From positions 67,092,173 to 67,156,172 of the forward strand of contig NC_068983.1 in the NCBI RefSeq assembly GCF_001194135.2: a DNA stretch of 64,000 bases. The letters are read 5' to 3'. Positions 1 to 11,727 of the stretch are shown in pieces. Origin of the DNA: Octopus bimaculoides. Its lineage: Eukaryota. The notes beneath the pieces are model-generated. The model searched no databases, was not told the origin of the DNA, and saw nothing but the letters and a program-made list of their open reading frames with translations. The stretch's first letter is position 1; each line of letters opens with the position of its first letter. A program made the translations under genes and the position numbers.

Positions 1-106
1 GCTCTCTGCCTCCTACCCTCTCTCTCCCTTCTGCTCTCCTCCATCCGTCTCCCCCTCTCTTTCTCTCTCTCTCTCTCACTCACACACACACACACACACA
101 CACACA
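1..106. repeat. CT-rich tract followed by (CT)n/(CA)n microsatellite
   Basis: Direct reading of the sequence. Confidence 0.9.
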
Positions 107-1413
107 TCTGCAAGTACCAACAATACAAGGTTAGATCATGGTAACAACGGCTATTCTGTTTAGTATTCTACATTAGAAAATCAAGTTGACATCAGAGGTA
201 ACTAGAATTAATTAATGCTGAGATATTAGACTGTGTCACTGGTAATGTTTGATATAGTACTGATTCTTAACAAAGTGCTGAAATCATAAATATTACATTA
301 AAAATAACATGATATCCACAGTGTTTGCTTTTTTTTTTTTTTAATCAATGATAACTCAGTATCTAGACTACTTTCAGAATAAGCAATCAATAACAGTACC
401 AAATATAAGAAATATTAATTCCTTCAGTGTATAAAATTACTAACTTTTCTGTGCCTTATTAACTTCAAAGCATCAAACTGAAGCAACTCTATATTTTGGC
501 CCAGTTTAATCTCTGAAGTGGATTATGAAAATCGAGAACAAAATGTGTAACCCCATCCTCATTCACTACTACAGAAAGCAATAAGAATGTTGATCGTAAT
601 TATCGATATGTCATCAACAAAGATCTAAAGTTTTTTTGTTTTTTTTTTCCTTTTTGGTCATAGTCTTGTTGCTGCTCTTATTGCTGCTACATTTTCTACT
701 TGATGTTATGTAGTTGTTTTTGTTGTTGATTAGATGTGAGTTAATTTTGTTTTTTTAATATTGTCCTCCTGTAGGAATTTCAACCATGTTTCGTGGTCTG
801 CTACCACAACAGCTCCTTTATAGGATCCAGTTAGCTCAAGACATCATCAGGAGGAACCATGTCCGGTTTCGGCCCCTACTCCTCTACCGTTTTGACGTGG
901 CGGGGCCACCCCCTTTCGGAGGTGTCTTCAGCTCTGGTGTTGGGTGCATGTCTTCTTTCACTGTTTGTGACTGTTCTAATTCAACTGTGGAATGTCCCTC
1001 GCTATGGTTATTTTCCAGGAGGTTCTGGCCACACGTCTTACGGTTCATCAACCCGCGTTGTTGAATTACTTTCTATTTAACTGATGAAGCTAAGAAGAAA
1101 TAATATAGTTTGTTAGACTTTTGGCCAATCTTTCAATATTGGATTGATTTGTAGAAATATCACTGATTAGTGCAGTTGAGTCACTTGATAGGTTTGTCAT
1201 TCAATTAAGCATTTCTGATTTTGAAAAGATTTTTAACTTCAATGTTTCTATCATTTAAAAACTCTGATTTTAAAAGGGTTTATTTGAAAACCCAGTCTAG
1301 TTTGGTTGCTCATTCAACAACTGCCTTTTTTCACTGTTTCTCTGCATCTTTTTTCTTGTTATCCTTCACCTACAGCTTCTCTTCCACTTCATCCTCTCAT
1401 CTCTCTGGCTTAC

Positions 1414-1482
1414 CCATCCCCATAACTCCTACACCTTTCTTTTGGTGACTCTGCAACCTCAACACCTTCATTTATGATTTCA
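1414..1482 (-). other. Candidate 69-nt exon (phase 2-2), peptide EIINEGVEVAESPKERCRSYGDG
   Basis: Minus-strand acceptor ...tgctatgcctaag, donor GG|gtaagc, one open frame, length divisible by 3. No neighbouring exon found that joins in phase and no homology recognised. Confidence 0.2.
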
Positions 1483-1989
1483 CTTAGGCATAGCAATACA
1501 AATAACCACTTATTAAAACTCAATATACATATGCTTTAGAATTAAACATTAGTCATAAAGATGTTCTTTATCAATATTTCTGTAACTCTTACTGGATTAA
1601 TTTCATACTGTTGATTCATACAAAGTTGTAGAATGCAATAAAGCTATTAATTCTAAATTAAATATACAACATTTATTGCTTTATCTATCCCTTATCTAAC
1701 TAGACAGTATTTTACAGATTGTTAGAGGAAATATTAAAATTAATTTATATATCTACATGAAATATATAGTAATATTTTAACATTCTGGTACTGTATATAA
1801 AAGTATTTCATAGATATCAGTAACGTGTGTTAGATTCATCTAAGACTTTCTAAAGCAGTAAAAAGAAACTGATAAAGTAGAACATCTTTGAAACATTTTG
1901 TGGTTTAATCCTTTACTGAAAGGAAATATATATTAATTAGCTTGTATACTGAATAACTTTTAGCTTGGTAAAACTCTTATTAATTTAAT

Positions 1990-2378
1990 GGAGTGGCTGT
2001 GTAGTAAGTAGCTTGCTTACCAACTATATGGTTCCAGGTTCATTCCCACTGCATGACACCTTGGGCAAATGTTTTCTACTATAGCCTTGGGCCGACCAAA
2101 GCCTTGTGAGTGGATTTGGTAGATGGAAACTGAAAAAAGCCCATCGTATATATATATATATATGTGTTTGTGTGTCTGTGTTTGTCTCCCCAACATCACT
2201 TGACAACCGATGTTGGTGTGTTTATGTCCCCGTAACTTAGCAGTTTGGCAAAAGAGACCTGATAGAATAAGTACTAGGCTTACAAAGAATACATCCTGGG
2301 GGCGATTTGCTCGACTAAAAGGTGGTGCTCCAGCATGGCTGCAGTCAAATGACTGAAACAAGTAAAAGAGTAAAAGAG
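1990..2378 (+). mobile_element. tRNA-derived SINE, family A (octopus-type), full length
   Basis: Head GGAGTGGCTGTGTAGTAAG, B-box-like GGTTCATTCCC, internal (TA)/(TG) tract, tail GCAGTCAAATGACTGAAACAAGTAAAAGAGTAAAAGAG. Closely similar copies at 5909-6340 and 58743-59125. Confidence 0.9.
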
Positions 2379-3614
2379 AAAGTAATCTTGAAACATCGCC
2401 CATTGTTTGTAATTTCATTTCCTTAGGAAATATGGAACACAATTTACACTTTGTTAATCTCTTTAGTAATAATTTCTCTCCTATATTATATTTGTATTGT
2501 TTCTTGACAATTAGCTAGATTGTTATTCAAAGTGAGTTTAATCTTTATGTTCTGCATTCAGTGACAAGTTTTAAAAAGTAATAAAAATCAAAATATCGAA
2601 AGGATAAATTTATCAATTCGAGTCTTCTATAAAAGCTATGTTTCTCCACTTCAAGATGGGCACCTGCATGTTGATTTATCTTTTAATTTATTCATAGCTT
2701 TCTGACTGGCCAACATATTTGCTGGTACTACTCTAAATAATATTTTGTTCAAATCACTTCAACAAACTTATTTTTTTTCTATGATGTTTCAGTTCATAAA
2801 AATGGTTATCCAAAAAGAGACATTATAATACTGTTCAATATTGAAAGGATTTAATAAATACAAAGAACTATTCAATAAAATTCTTTAAAAGAAAATAACC
2901 TCAATTAATGGTTTCAGTTAGATATTACTAGATGTCTACATTCATTTTCTGTTAATTTTTAAGTAGTATAAATGGTGAATAAGCAAAGGCATCAATGTTG
3001 TTAACTCATTATAAATATTACCTCTTGTAAATTACTGCATAAAAAGTGTGTTCATGATGAGTGTTGCCTGAATGGATGGAAGATATAAAGTAGACTTAGA
3101 GCTGTATCATCTTCATTTCCTTCTTTGAGTCTAATAGAATGTTTAGTACTAAGATATTTTGAAGCTATATGTGAGGTCTTTCATTATACATAACAGTTTG
3201 AAAATAGCTATGCAATTAAGTAGCAGAAGAAAAATTGTGTTAGAGCAGTATTCATGATAAGTGAACAATAATAGAGATTCTTAATAACGAAGGCTACAAC
3301 TTTTACAGTTGGAAGAAAGTTTTCTGTGACACTGTTTTTATTAGGTTAAAGAGATACTACTTTATATAAAGCTATATTCTTTATGTAACAATGCTAACTT
3401 CAAATACATTTGTTTACATAAACTTATATAACTAACTGGTTCAAACTTTCCTCTTTAGCATCTCAAACGTCTTTTCAGTAAGATAACAAGCTTCACATAA
3501 ATGTAGTATGTTATTTGAGTAATTTATACTTAGTGATATGCCAGACCTATATATATTTGCTAGTAGCAAATTATTGATAATCTCTCCACTTTGAGTATAC
3601 TTATCATCATCTTT

Positions 3615-3730
3615 TTAATGCCCAATTTTCCATGTTTGCATGGGTTAGACAGGAGTTGTTAAAGTGGATTTTTTTACAACTGGATGCCCTTCCTGTCACC
3701 AACCCTTATCCAATACCAAACAAGGTAATA
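3615..3730 (-). mobile_element. SINE family B 3' fragment, degenerate
   Basis: CCATG...GCATGGGTTAGAC and CAACTGGATGCCCTTCC match the reverse complement of the 4510-4892 tail. Confidence 0.6.
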
Positions 3731-3842
3731 TTTTCCCGTGGGCAGACAAGTTTTTTGCAGAATATTGGAAATTTATGACACACAAGGTCAAAACAAAGGA
3801 ACACATGCTCTTTTTAACACACACACATATTTATGTGTGCAT

Positions 3843-3897
<55 letters not shown>

Positions 3898-4509
3898 AAC
3901 TAGTAAAATCAGTAGCAAATTATTTAAATAAAAGAATCTTAAGGAACTTACAAAAGCACTACTCAAGCACATAATAATGAACCTTAAGTAAGTTCTGCTT
4001 TGATTTAATAAATTACACAAATATAGCCTTTTACATGATATCTTCCTTTGATTTTTCCATACATACACAGTGATATACAGAAAAGCAGACAACTTATGTT
4101 AGATTTATTCAATAACTTCTCTTATCCAAATGCATTGCTTATTTTTTCTAGTATTTATCACTTGGTCTTGTTTCATAGAAAGAGAACGATTGTTTAGTTT
4201 CTGTATTTACTTAGTTTTCTTTGAATTCTGTTATCTTAAGAAATGCTTTTTATGCCTTTCTAGTTCTTTTTTTATTTTCTTATTTTGATCACTTTTATAG
4301 CTAACCTCATCCAATCAACTAGAACTGATAGTTTTATAGATCATCTTAAAAACTACAAAAAGGAAAATATCAAAATGAGTGCATAAGAAATAAACATCTG
4401 AGCTATTAGAAATATCCAGTATTTCTGTTTAGGTTCATGTCTAAGAAGGAAATGAATAGAGCCACATCTTGGTGTAAGTCGTATTTCCACTCTATAAGAG
4501 CAGCTGTCT

Positions 4510-4892
4510 GGCTTCCATGCCGATGGCACGTAAATAGCACTAGCATGATCGTTACCAATGTCGCCTTCCTGGCACATGAAAAGACATTCGAGCGAGATCG
4601 TTGCCAGTGCCGATGGACTGGCTCCTGTGCAGGTGGCACGTAAAATACACCATTTCAAGCATGGCCATCGCCAGTACTGCCTGACTGGCCTTTGTGCCGG
4701 TGGCATGTAAAAGCACCCACTACACTCTCTGAGTGGTTGGCGTTAGGAAGGGCATCCAGCTGTAGAAACTCTGCCAAATCAGATTGGAGCCTGGTGTCGC
4801 CTCCTGGTCCACCAGACCTCAGTCAAATCGTCCAACCCATGCTAGCATGGAAAGCAGACGTTAAACAACGATGATGATGATGATGATGAAGG
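4510..4892 (+). mobile_element. SINE family B with internal ~60-bp subrepeats and (GAT)n tail
   Basis: Subrepeats GCCAGT..TGGC..CCTGTGC..GTGGCACGTAAAA, conserved GGCGTTAGGAAGGGCATCCAGCTGTAGAAAC, end GCATGGAAAGCAGACGTTAAACAACGATGATGATG. Same family at 21430, 24221, 42696. Confidence 0.85.
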
Positions 4893-5379
4893 NNNNNNNN
4901 NNNNNNNNNNNNNNNNNNNNNNNNNNNNNNNNNNNNNNNNNNNNNNNNNNNNNNNNNNNNNNNNNNNNNNNNNNNNNNNNNNNNNNNNNNNNNNNNNNNN
5001 NNNNNNNNNNNNNNNNNNNNNNNNNNNNNNNNNNNNNNNNNNNNNNNNNNNNNNNNNNNNNNNNNNNNNNNNNNNNNNNNNNNNNNNNNNNNNNNNNNNN
5101 NNNNNNNNNNNNNNNNNNNNNNNNNNNNNNNNNNNNNNNNNNNNNNNNNNNNNNNNNNNNNNNNNNNNNNNNNNNNNNNNNNNNNNNNNNNNNNNNNNNN
5201 NNNNNNNNNNNNNNNNNNNNNNNNNNNNNNNNNNNNNNNNNNNNNNNNNNNNNNNNNNNNNNNNNNNNNNNNNNNNNNNNNNNNNNNNNNNNNNNNNNNN
5301 NNNNNNNNNNNNNNNNNNNNNNNNNNNNNNNNNNNNNNNNNNNNNNNNNNNNNNNNNNNNNNNNNNNNNNNNNNNNNNN
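4893..5379. other. Assembly gap
   Basis: Run of N. Confidence 1.
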
Positions 5380-5503
5380 TATATATGAATTTGTTTTACA
5401 AGATACCTGATGGGAAACCATGTGTTGAAATAGATATTGTTATATTTTGAGATGGTAATTTTTTTTTTTGGTCTTTTTGCCTCATAAACATATGCACTAT
5501 ATA

Positions 5504-5742
5504 TTTGTTCTTCACTCATTTATTCTTCTTATTTTATCTTATGTCCATTGTCTGGAAATCTTTTGTCACACATCTGGGACCTCTTCAGTAACTCTTTCCA
5601 TCCCCCCAGTCCATTCCATTCTCCAGCAGGAGGATACACGTGGATGGAAAGGATCGCTAAAGAGGTCACAGATGTGTGACATGATTCCCAGACAATGGAC
5701 ATAAGATAAAATAAGAACAATAATAAACAAGTGAAGAACAAA
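5504..5742. repeat. Fold-back element: ~100-bp inverted arms (5504-5603, 5642-5742) with 38-bp spacer
   Basis: TTATTTTATCTTATGTCCATTGTCTGG...GTCACACATCTG is the reverse complement of CAGATGTGTGAC...CCAGACAATGGACATAAGATAAAATAA. Confidence 0.85.
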
Positions 5743-5908
5743 ACTTTGTATGTGGCAGAACTGCCGGAGAAATAAACTCAAGGAATATACAGGGAGTGGA
5801 TGTTTTTAATGTGCAAAGGGATCTTTACAAGTAGTATATTGTTTCTGCTGCCTAGGGTGACCTAATTAGAAGTGGAGAAGTTTTGAAAATATAGTTGCTA
5901 AGAGTATA

Positions 5909-6079
5909 GACGTAAGAGCGGCTGTGTGGTAAGTAGCTTGCTTACGAACCACATGGTTCCGGGTTCAGTCCCACTGCATGGCGCCTTGGGCAAGTGTATT
6001 CTACTATAGCCTCGGGCCGACCAAAGCCTTGTGAGTGGATTTGGTAGGCGGAAACTGAAAGAAGCCCGCTGTATATATG

Positions 6080-6132
<53 letters not shown>

Positions 6133-6340
6133 ACGTGTGTGTGTATATATGTTTGTTTGTCCCTCCAACATCGCTTGTCAACCAATGCTGGTGTGTTTAC
6201 GTCCCCGTAACTTAGCAGTTTGGCAAATGAGACTGATAGAATAAGTACTAGGCTTACAAAGAATACGTCCTGGGGGCGATTTGCTCGACTAAAGATGGTG
6301 CTCCAGCATGGCTACAGTCAAATGACTGAAACAAGTAAAA
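5909..6340 (+). mobile_element. SINE family A, full length
   Basis: Same head, body and tail as 1990-2378, with an expanded internal (TA)n. Confidence 0.9.
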
Positions 6341-6849
6341 GCTACCATTGTTGATACCCCCTTCCCAACCTTTGTTCATCACTCACTACTTTCACTCCTC
6401 AGTGCATCCCTGTCTCCCCTTTCCACACTTAACATCATCTCACTATTTCACATTTATCTGCAATTTTATCATACTGTTGCTCCTCCCCCTTTTTGTACTG
6501 TTACTTATCACTCCTATTTCCTTCAGTTCACAATTCACTATAATCACCTCTATCCTTATCTTTAATTATCTGCTACTCACATTTCACTCTCTCACAAAAT
6601 TAACTATCCACCCATCTTTTCTGATCCTCTGTCCCTATTCTCTCTTATATTTCACCATCTAGTACCTTAATGGTAAATCCTGCCCACCACCATCTTTTCT
6701 GTCTTTCAACTTAGGGTAGCCAGGTGGTAAGAGAACAAAAAATAGTGGTGATATGGTGACACAAGACACATTTTCCTGTCCATCTATCATACTTTAACCT
6801 TCCAGTATCTGGCATAAAGCTACCTCTTTTAATACCACACCACCACCAC

Positions 6850-7075
6850 TCAGTTGAGAGGGGTCATGTCTTGTGAGTTACTTATTAGTTCCAGTGTCAT
6901 TGAAAAAGTATTTAGTATACTTTATAAAGTAGTTAGCATTAGGAAAGGAATCTAGCCTTAGAAACTATGCCAAAGCAGATACTAGAGGTTGACATAGTCC
7001 TCTGACTCATCAGATGCTATTGAGCCATCCTGCCCATGCCAGTATGAATGATGGACATTAAATGATGATGTTGAG
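6850..7075 (+). mobile_element. SINE family B 3' part, old copy
   Basis: AGCATTAGGAAAGGAATCTAGCC..AGAAAC and CCATGCCAGTATGAATGATGGACATTAAATGATGATG resemble the 4510-4892 tail. Confidence 0.6.
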
Positions 7076-8499
7076 ATGTGTGTATTTCACCTCATCACAT
7101 CATATATAAATATGTTTACTTGCAGCAGTGACACAGGTACATGATTCTTTTTGATACATTTTAAAATTCATTATCATTGCTGTGAAGTCTTAAATAATTA
7201 ACTCTTGCCATGGTTTGCACAATCCAGAAACCATTATAATTTTGCAGTTGTATTTTACAAATATCCAATAGAAGTATTCAGTCACCATGAATAGACTTGC
7301 TTATGTCTTTCAACAGATTGTTTCCAAATTTTTCATTCATGTATGAGTACATACACACTTTTTTTAATCTTTGGATTTACATATGCATATATGTATGTAT
7401 ACTTAATTTAGAATTATTATGTAACTTAAATATGTTATTAAATTTTTGTAATTTGTCACTATTTTGCTACTGAATAGCTTAGTAATGTTATAAGTAAAAA
7501 ATAGTAAACTAGGATACTTTGAAACACAAAATGTTTCATGAGAAACTAGATAGCATGGTAGATATCTCAATATGCAGACAAAATCAACATTGACTGTATG
7601 TATACAAAAGTATGAAAGGGAGTTGTAATTGCAGATGATAATTGTTTCCATGGTCATTATCCCGAGAAATGTATGTTATATTATCAGTGTATTTACTGTT
7701 AATATTCAAAGTTGAGAAATTTGTGCAAAAGTGTGTAAGGGTCTTACTTGAAAGGTCACAAGGCATAATACCATCTATAATTATATTAATATGTAACCAC
7801 TGCTAAGATTTGATTTACTTCCAGAAGAATTAGGATGTCTTGTTTTTAGTTATTAGGTCACATTCATTTGATTTGTGGTAAATAATGTAGTAAAAGATGT
7901 CATAAAGTACTGATGTGACCTCATTCAGCTCGATCTCTATGATATTATTAGCTGATTAACTGTTTCTCTTTCTCTTTTCTTTTTTTTAAATTTGATATCT
8001 GATTTTCATTGAAGCACTTAAATATAGTCTCTCCATTTCCTATATCTCATCTATTATTTCTCACATCAAACATATACTAGATACAATCAATGAATTGGTG
8101 AGAGTTCATAATGAGCAACATGAGAAGACCAATGTATCTAATAGCAAAATGAGAAATAGTAAATTTCTTGCAGCTTTGTATGAAAGAAACTTCTTAAGTG
8201 TTGAAAATAAGACATCCATGAAGTATTCAAATTATATATAAAATTTAACTAACAGATTATTGTATTTACTTTCTCAATCTATTATATAGCACCATGTCAC
8301 ATATGCTTGTAAACACATTTTTGTGTATGTGGGTAGGTATGTGTATGAATTTGTGCAAGTTGGTGTTTGTCAAGGCTAGTTTTCATTCCCCCTCTATTAC
8401 AATTCTCCAAGCTATAACAGAGGAGTTAAAGACCAGCTGTCTGTAGAAACTGTGATAACTTTGTACTTATAGTAGAGGATATGCAAATTTAGAGAAGTA

Positions 8500-9085
8500 A
8501 TTCTACACATGCAAATGAAATATAGATTCTAGAATTTTCAGAATAAACTTAGTAAAGATTAAAGTTGTAGCATGTAGAAAAGAAGCATGAACTTTGCTGC
8601 CTTCAGGGAAACAGCCATATTTGATATGCAGAAGAGAAGGTAGAAATTCTTTTTGTGAACACAATATGATCTGTGGGTGCACAAAAGATGTAGTGAAATC
8701 AAAGACAGTGAGTAAAGACATTGTTTGTGGTTGATGCACAGGACTGGTGAATGGCCAAAGTAACAATTAAATAAATTCTTTTCACTGCTCAGAAGGTACT
8801 AAAGAAGTTCATTGCTTCTGTCATCTAGGCAGCCTAAACAGCAGTAGAGGAAGGTTCTGTGAAAGCCAGATTAACAATTGGGTAGGAAAAGTTCAAGAAG
8901 CTATTCCCTCTGCTGACAACACAGGTATTTTCTCTTTGTGTGAAGGGTAGACTTTATGATACTTGTGTATGAACTCCAGTTATTTTCTGCTAACGAGATG
9001 TGAGCACTAGATGCAGAGGATCTGCAAAGACTAGAAAGAAATGAAGCAAGTATACTTTGCTGGATGTATAATGATAATGTTTGTA
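8500..9085 (+). mobile_element. RTE-clade LINE RT C-terminal fragment with PHD-like insert, heavily decayed
   Basis: Frameshifted translation KIKVVAC..LPSGKQPYLICRREGRNS..LWVHKRCSEIK..IVCG*CTG, then EDLQRLERNEASILCWMY. Collinear with the younger copy at 32060-32455. Confidence 0.7.
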
Positions 9086-9329
9086 AATGATGTGGTACAG
9101 ATAAACTGAAAGAAGCTCATCCGGACTATTGTTGAGGACACTACTTGCCCAAGGTGCGATGAATTCAAAACCAAATGGTTGGGAAACAAACTTCTCAGCA
9201 CACAGCTATGCTTGCACCTCTAGCTATAAATATATATAAATTCTTACATTACATCTACCTCAGGTCATGGAATTTCGCTCTTATAAAAATTGTATGACAA
9301 CTAATTTAGGATACATTCTGTAATTTTAC

Positions 9330-9600
9330 TCTTATGGAAACGTTGATAAACTTTAAGACTCTAAAAAGTACACTTGATGAAGTGAAATTCTCAACTATGA
9401 ATAGTGCTTGGAAGAATATATCGCCAGACTGTATCTATGACTTTACAAATTTTCCACAGGCTGAAAGTTTAATTCAAATTTGAAAAGATATGAAATATTT
9501 GTATATGGATCAAAAAAGACAGGTTGATGTAGTTGAGTTGCTTGTGTCTCATAGATATTGCTTATCTAATGAGGAGCCAGTGTTTTTAAGGAAAGATGAC
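9330..9600 (+). mobile_element. Tigger/pogo-like transposase C-terminal remnant
   Basis: STLDEVKFSTMNSAWKNISPDCIYDFTNFP, then after a frameshift VDVVELLVSHRYCLSNEE, resembling the Tigger post-DDE region (EVK.STMN..WKKLWP, DV.ELL.SH...LTNEE). Confidence 0.55.
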
Positions 9601-9779
9601 AATACAGGTGTCAGTATGCAATTACACCATTTCCACTTATTTTAACTGCAAAGAAAATTGCTAAAGTGTTGGTACCTATTAAGGAAGTTCTGCAAGCTTT
9701 TACTGATAACAACCTTAATCATAAATGTAACATAAAAATTACAAGATGAGTTTACAATGAGATCAGTTCCAACACTCAC

Positions 9780-10010
9780 TGAGGTGTATGAAGAAATGAT
9801 ATACCATAAACACCAAGATTCCAAGTTCGATTCCAGTCAGTGACTTTAATAATAATAACAACCTCAAAAAATACCTTAGGAATGAGAACCGAGGTTCAAA
9901 AAATTTCTGCAAGACACCTGATGAAGGCTGGAGGGTATATCAGCCAAAACATTGTGTTAACAACAAACAAGATGAGGACAAATGTCTGTCAAATATAAAT
10001 AATGTAAAAA
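9780..10010 (+). mobile_element. Short element with B-box-like head and hammerhead-bearing tail
   Basis: GTTCGATTCC at 9825-9834, hammerhead motif at 9913-9958, A-rich end AAATATAAATAATGTAAAAA. Confidence 0.55.
9913..9958 (+). ncRNA. Minimal type I hammerhead ribozyme, probably inactive
   Basis: Stem I GACAC/GTGTT, core CTGATGA, extra A, stem II GGCTG/CAGCC, then AAAACATT. Reverting two CpA to CpG gives GAAACGTT. Confidence 0.7.
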
Positions 10011-10014
10011 ATAC

Positions 10015-10610
10015 AAAGTGCGAGTAAATGGAATATGAACTATTTTTTCGAACAATGAAAGACACAAATGGAAAACAAGACAAACAACGACCCTTCATCA
10101 GTTGTTGGCTGTTTTTCTACTCTCATATTTCGAGCATTTAACAACAATATTTGCTTTCAATAAAATAGTTGATCCTGCAAAGCAAATTAAATAAAATTTG
10201 GGATTTTGTGGAGGGTCAAAAATGGTGACACAAACAGGACAGTAACAACAAACAAGGAGGACTGCTAAGCCTAAACGAGGTTGTGGTTATGGTGGTGAAC
10301 ACGTAAATCAAGCTCGGACAGGAGACAGAGAAGACCACGTCTTCCTTGTTCCAGCTACAACAGAGAGAAAGAAAGAAACACAAGTTAGGAGAAGAAAGAA
10401 AGATGGCCGATGGTTACATGGGAACCACGTGAGCAAGGGAGGTGGAGTGAGGGAGAGAGAGTGACAGAATAATAGAATAGAATAGTGGGAAGAGGAGGTA
10501 AAAGAATCAGAGAGAGAAAGAGAGAAAAACGAAAGAATAAAAAGATTGCATAGAGTGCGCATCAGAATTGTTAAGATAAAACTTACTTGGAAGAGGATGC
10601 GTGGTGTTCA

Positions 10611-10677
<67 letters not shown>

Positions 10678-10920
10678 GCATATATACATACATATATGTA
10701 CATACATCTATACATATATAGGCATAAAGCATATGTGGGCACAGGACGTCATGAAATGTATACAACAAAAAAATATGAAGTACAAGTACATGGAATATGA
10801 ACTATTTTTTCAACAACGAAAGACACAAATGGAAAACAAAACAAACACCATAAAGAACGACCCTTCATCAGTTGTTGGCTGTTTTTCTACTCTTGTATTT
10901 CGAGTATTTAGCAACAATAT
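10015..10920. repeat. Non-coding element bounded by ~135-bp direct repeats (about 10015-10150 and 10780-10920)
   Basis: GGAATATGAACTATTTTTTC..GAAAGACACAAATGGAAAACAA..ACGACCCTTCATCAGTTGTTGGCTGTTTTTCTACTCT..TTTCGAG..AACAATAT occurs twice. The interior is GA-rich and contains (TA)n. Confidence 0.75.
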
Positions 10921-10937
10921 ATATATANNNNNNNNNN

Positions 10938-11012
<75 letters not shown>

Positions 11013-11016
11013 TATA

Positions 11017-11659
11017 CATGATATGATCAATAAATATCCGGATTGTTGCCATAGTAATGAAGCTAAAGCATTTAGAGTGAAGCTGCTCGGCACAGATTGA
11101 CCTTAAACTCTCCTGTGCATGTGCACTAAGTTTTAATGTTCTAGCTCACTTTCGCTGTTTACCGAAGTCCTTGGAAGTTACGTGTGTAGCATATGTTCAT
11201 TGCGTTGACCATGACAGAAAAAGTTGAGCAGAGAATCTGCATCAAGTTTTGCCAAAAGCTTGCCTATGCCTGTTCAAAGACCTACGCAGTTTTCAAAAAG
11301 TTTTCATCTTTCTCAACACATTCAAGGAGATTCTGTGCAACTGAAATCTGAGTGTCTTTTTGGTCAGCTGAAAGCAGTTTTGGCACAAACTTGGCAGACA
11401 AGCGTCTCATACCCAAATCTTCAGTGATAATGGACTAATTTGCACATCCTCTGCTAACTCACGGTTGGTGATGCAAAGATCATATGTTACACATGTTACT
11501 TTGAAGCACTGTTGTAAGCAGCGGAAGTGAGCTCGAACATTAAAATTTACTGCACATGCACAACAGAGGTCAAGGTCAATTTGTGCCAAGTGGCTTCACT
11601 CTGCGTGCTTTAGTTTTGTTACTATGGCAACAGTCCAGATACTTATTGGTCAGACCTTG
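11017..11659. mobile_element. Mariner-derived fold-back element made of two 5' ends
   Basis: TA on both flanks and ~190-bp inverted arms. + strand encodes MTEKVEQRICIKFCQKL; - strand encodes RELAEDVQIS..EDLGMRRLSAKFVPKLLSADQK..DENFLKT. Confidence 0.8.
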
Positions 11660-11690
11660 TATATATGCATACATATATGTGTGTGTGTGA

Positions 11691-11727
<37 letters not shown>

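Noticed and set aside
786-1080. ORFs 786-1064 and 859-1080 as genes
   Set aside because: No recognisable domain. They are open mainly because the patch is GC-rich, although an acceptor-like site exists at 774.
1075-1110. CTGATGAAGCTAAGAAGAAATAAT as a hammerhead
   Set aside because: Stem II and stem I cannot be formed convincingly.
8081-8240. Open frame TINELVRVHNEQHEKTN.. after an acceptor-like site
   Set aside because: About 53 codons is within chance for this window, the donor is ambiguous and no homology was recognised.
10090-10875. Minus-strand CTGATGAAGGG in both direct repeats as hammerheads
   Set aside because: No GAAA closing a stem II and no valid NUH with stem I in the type I or type II arrangements I tried.
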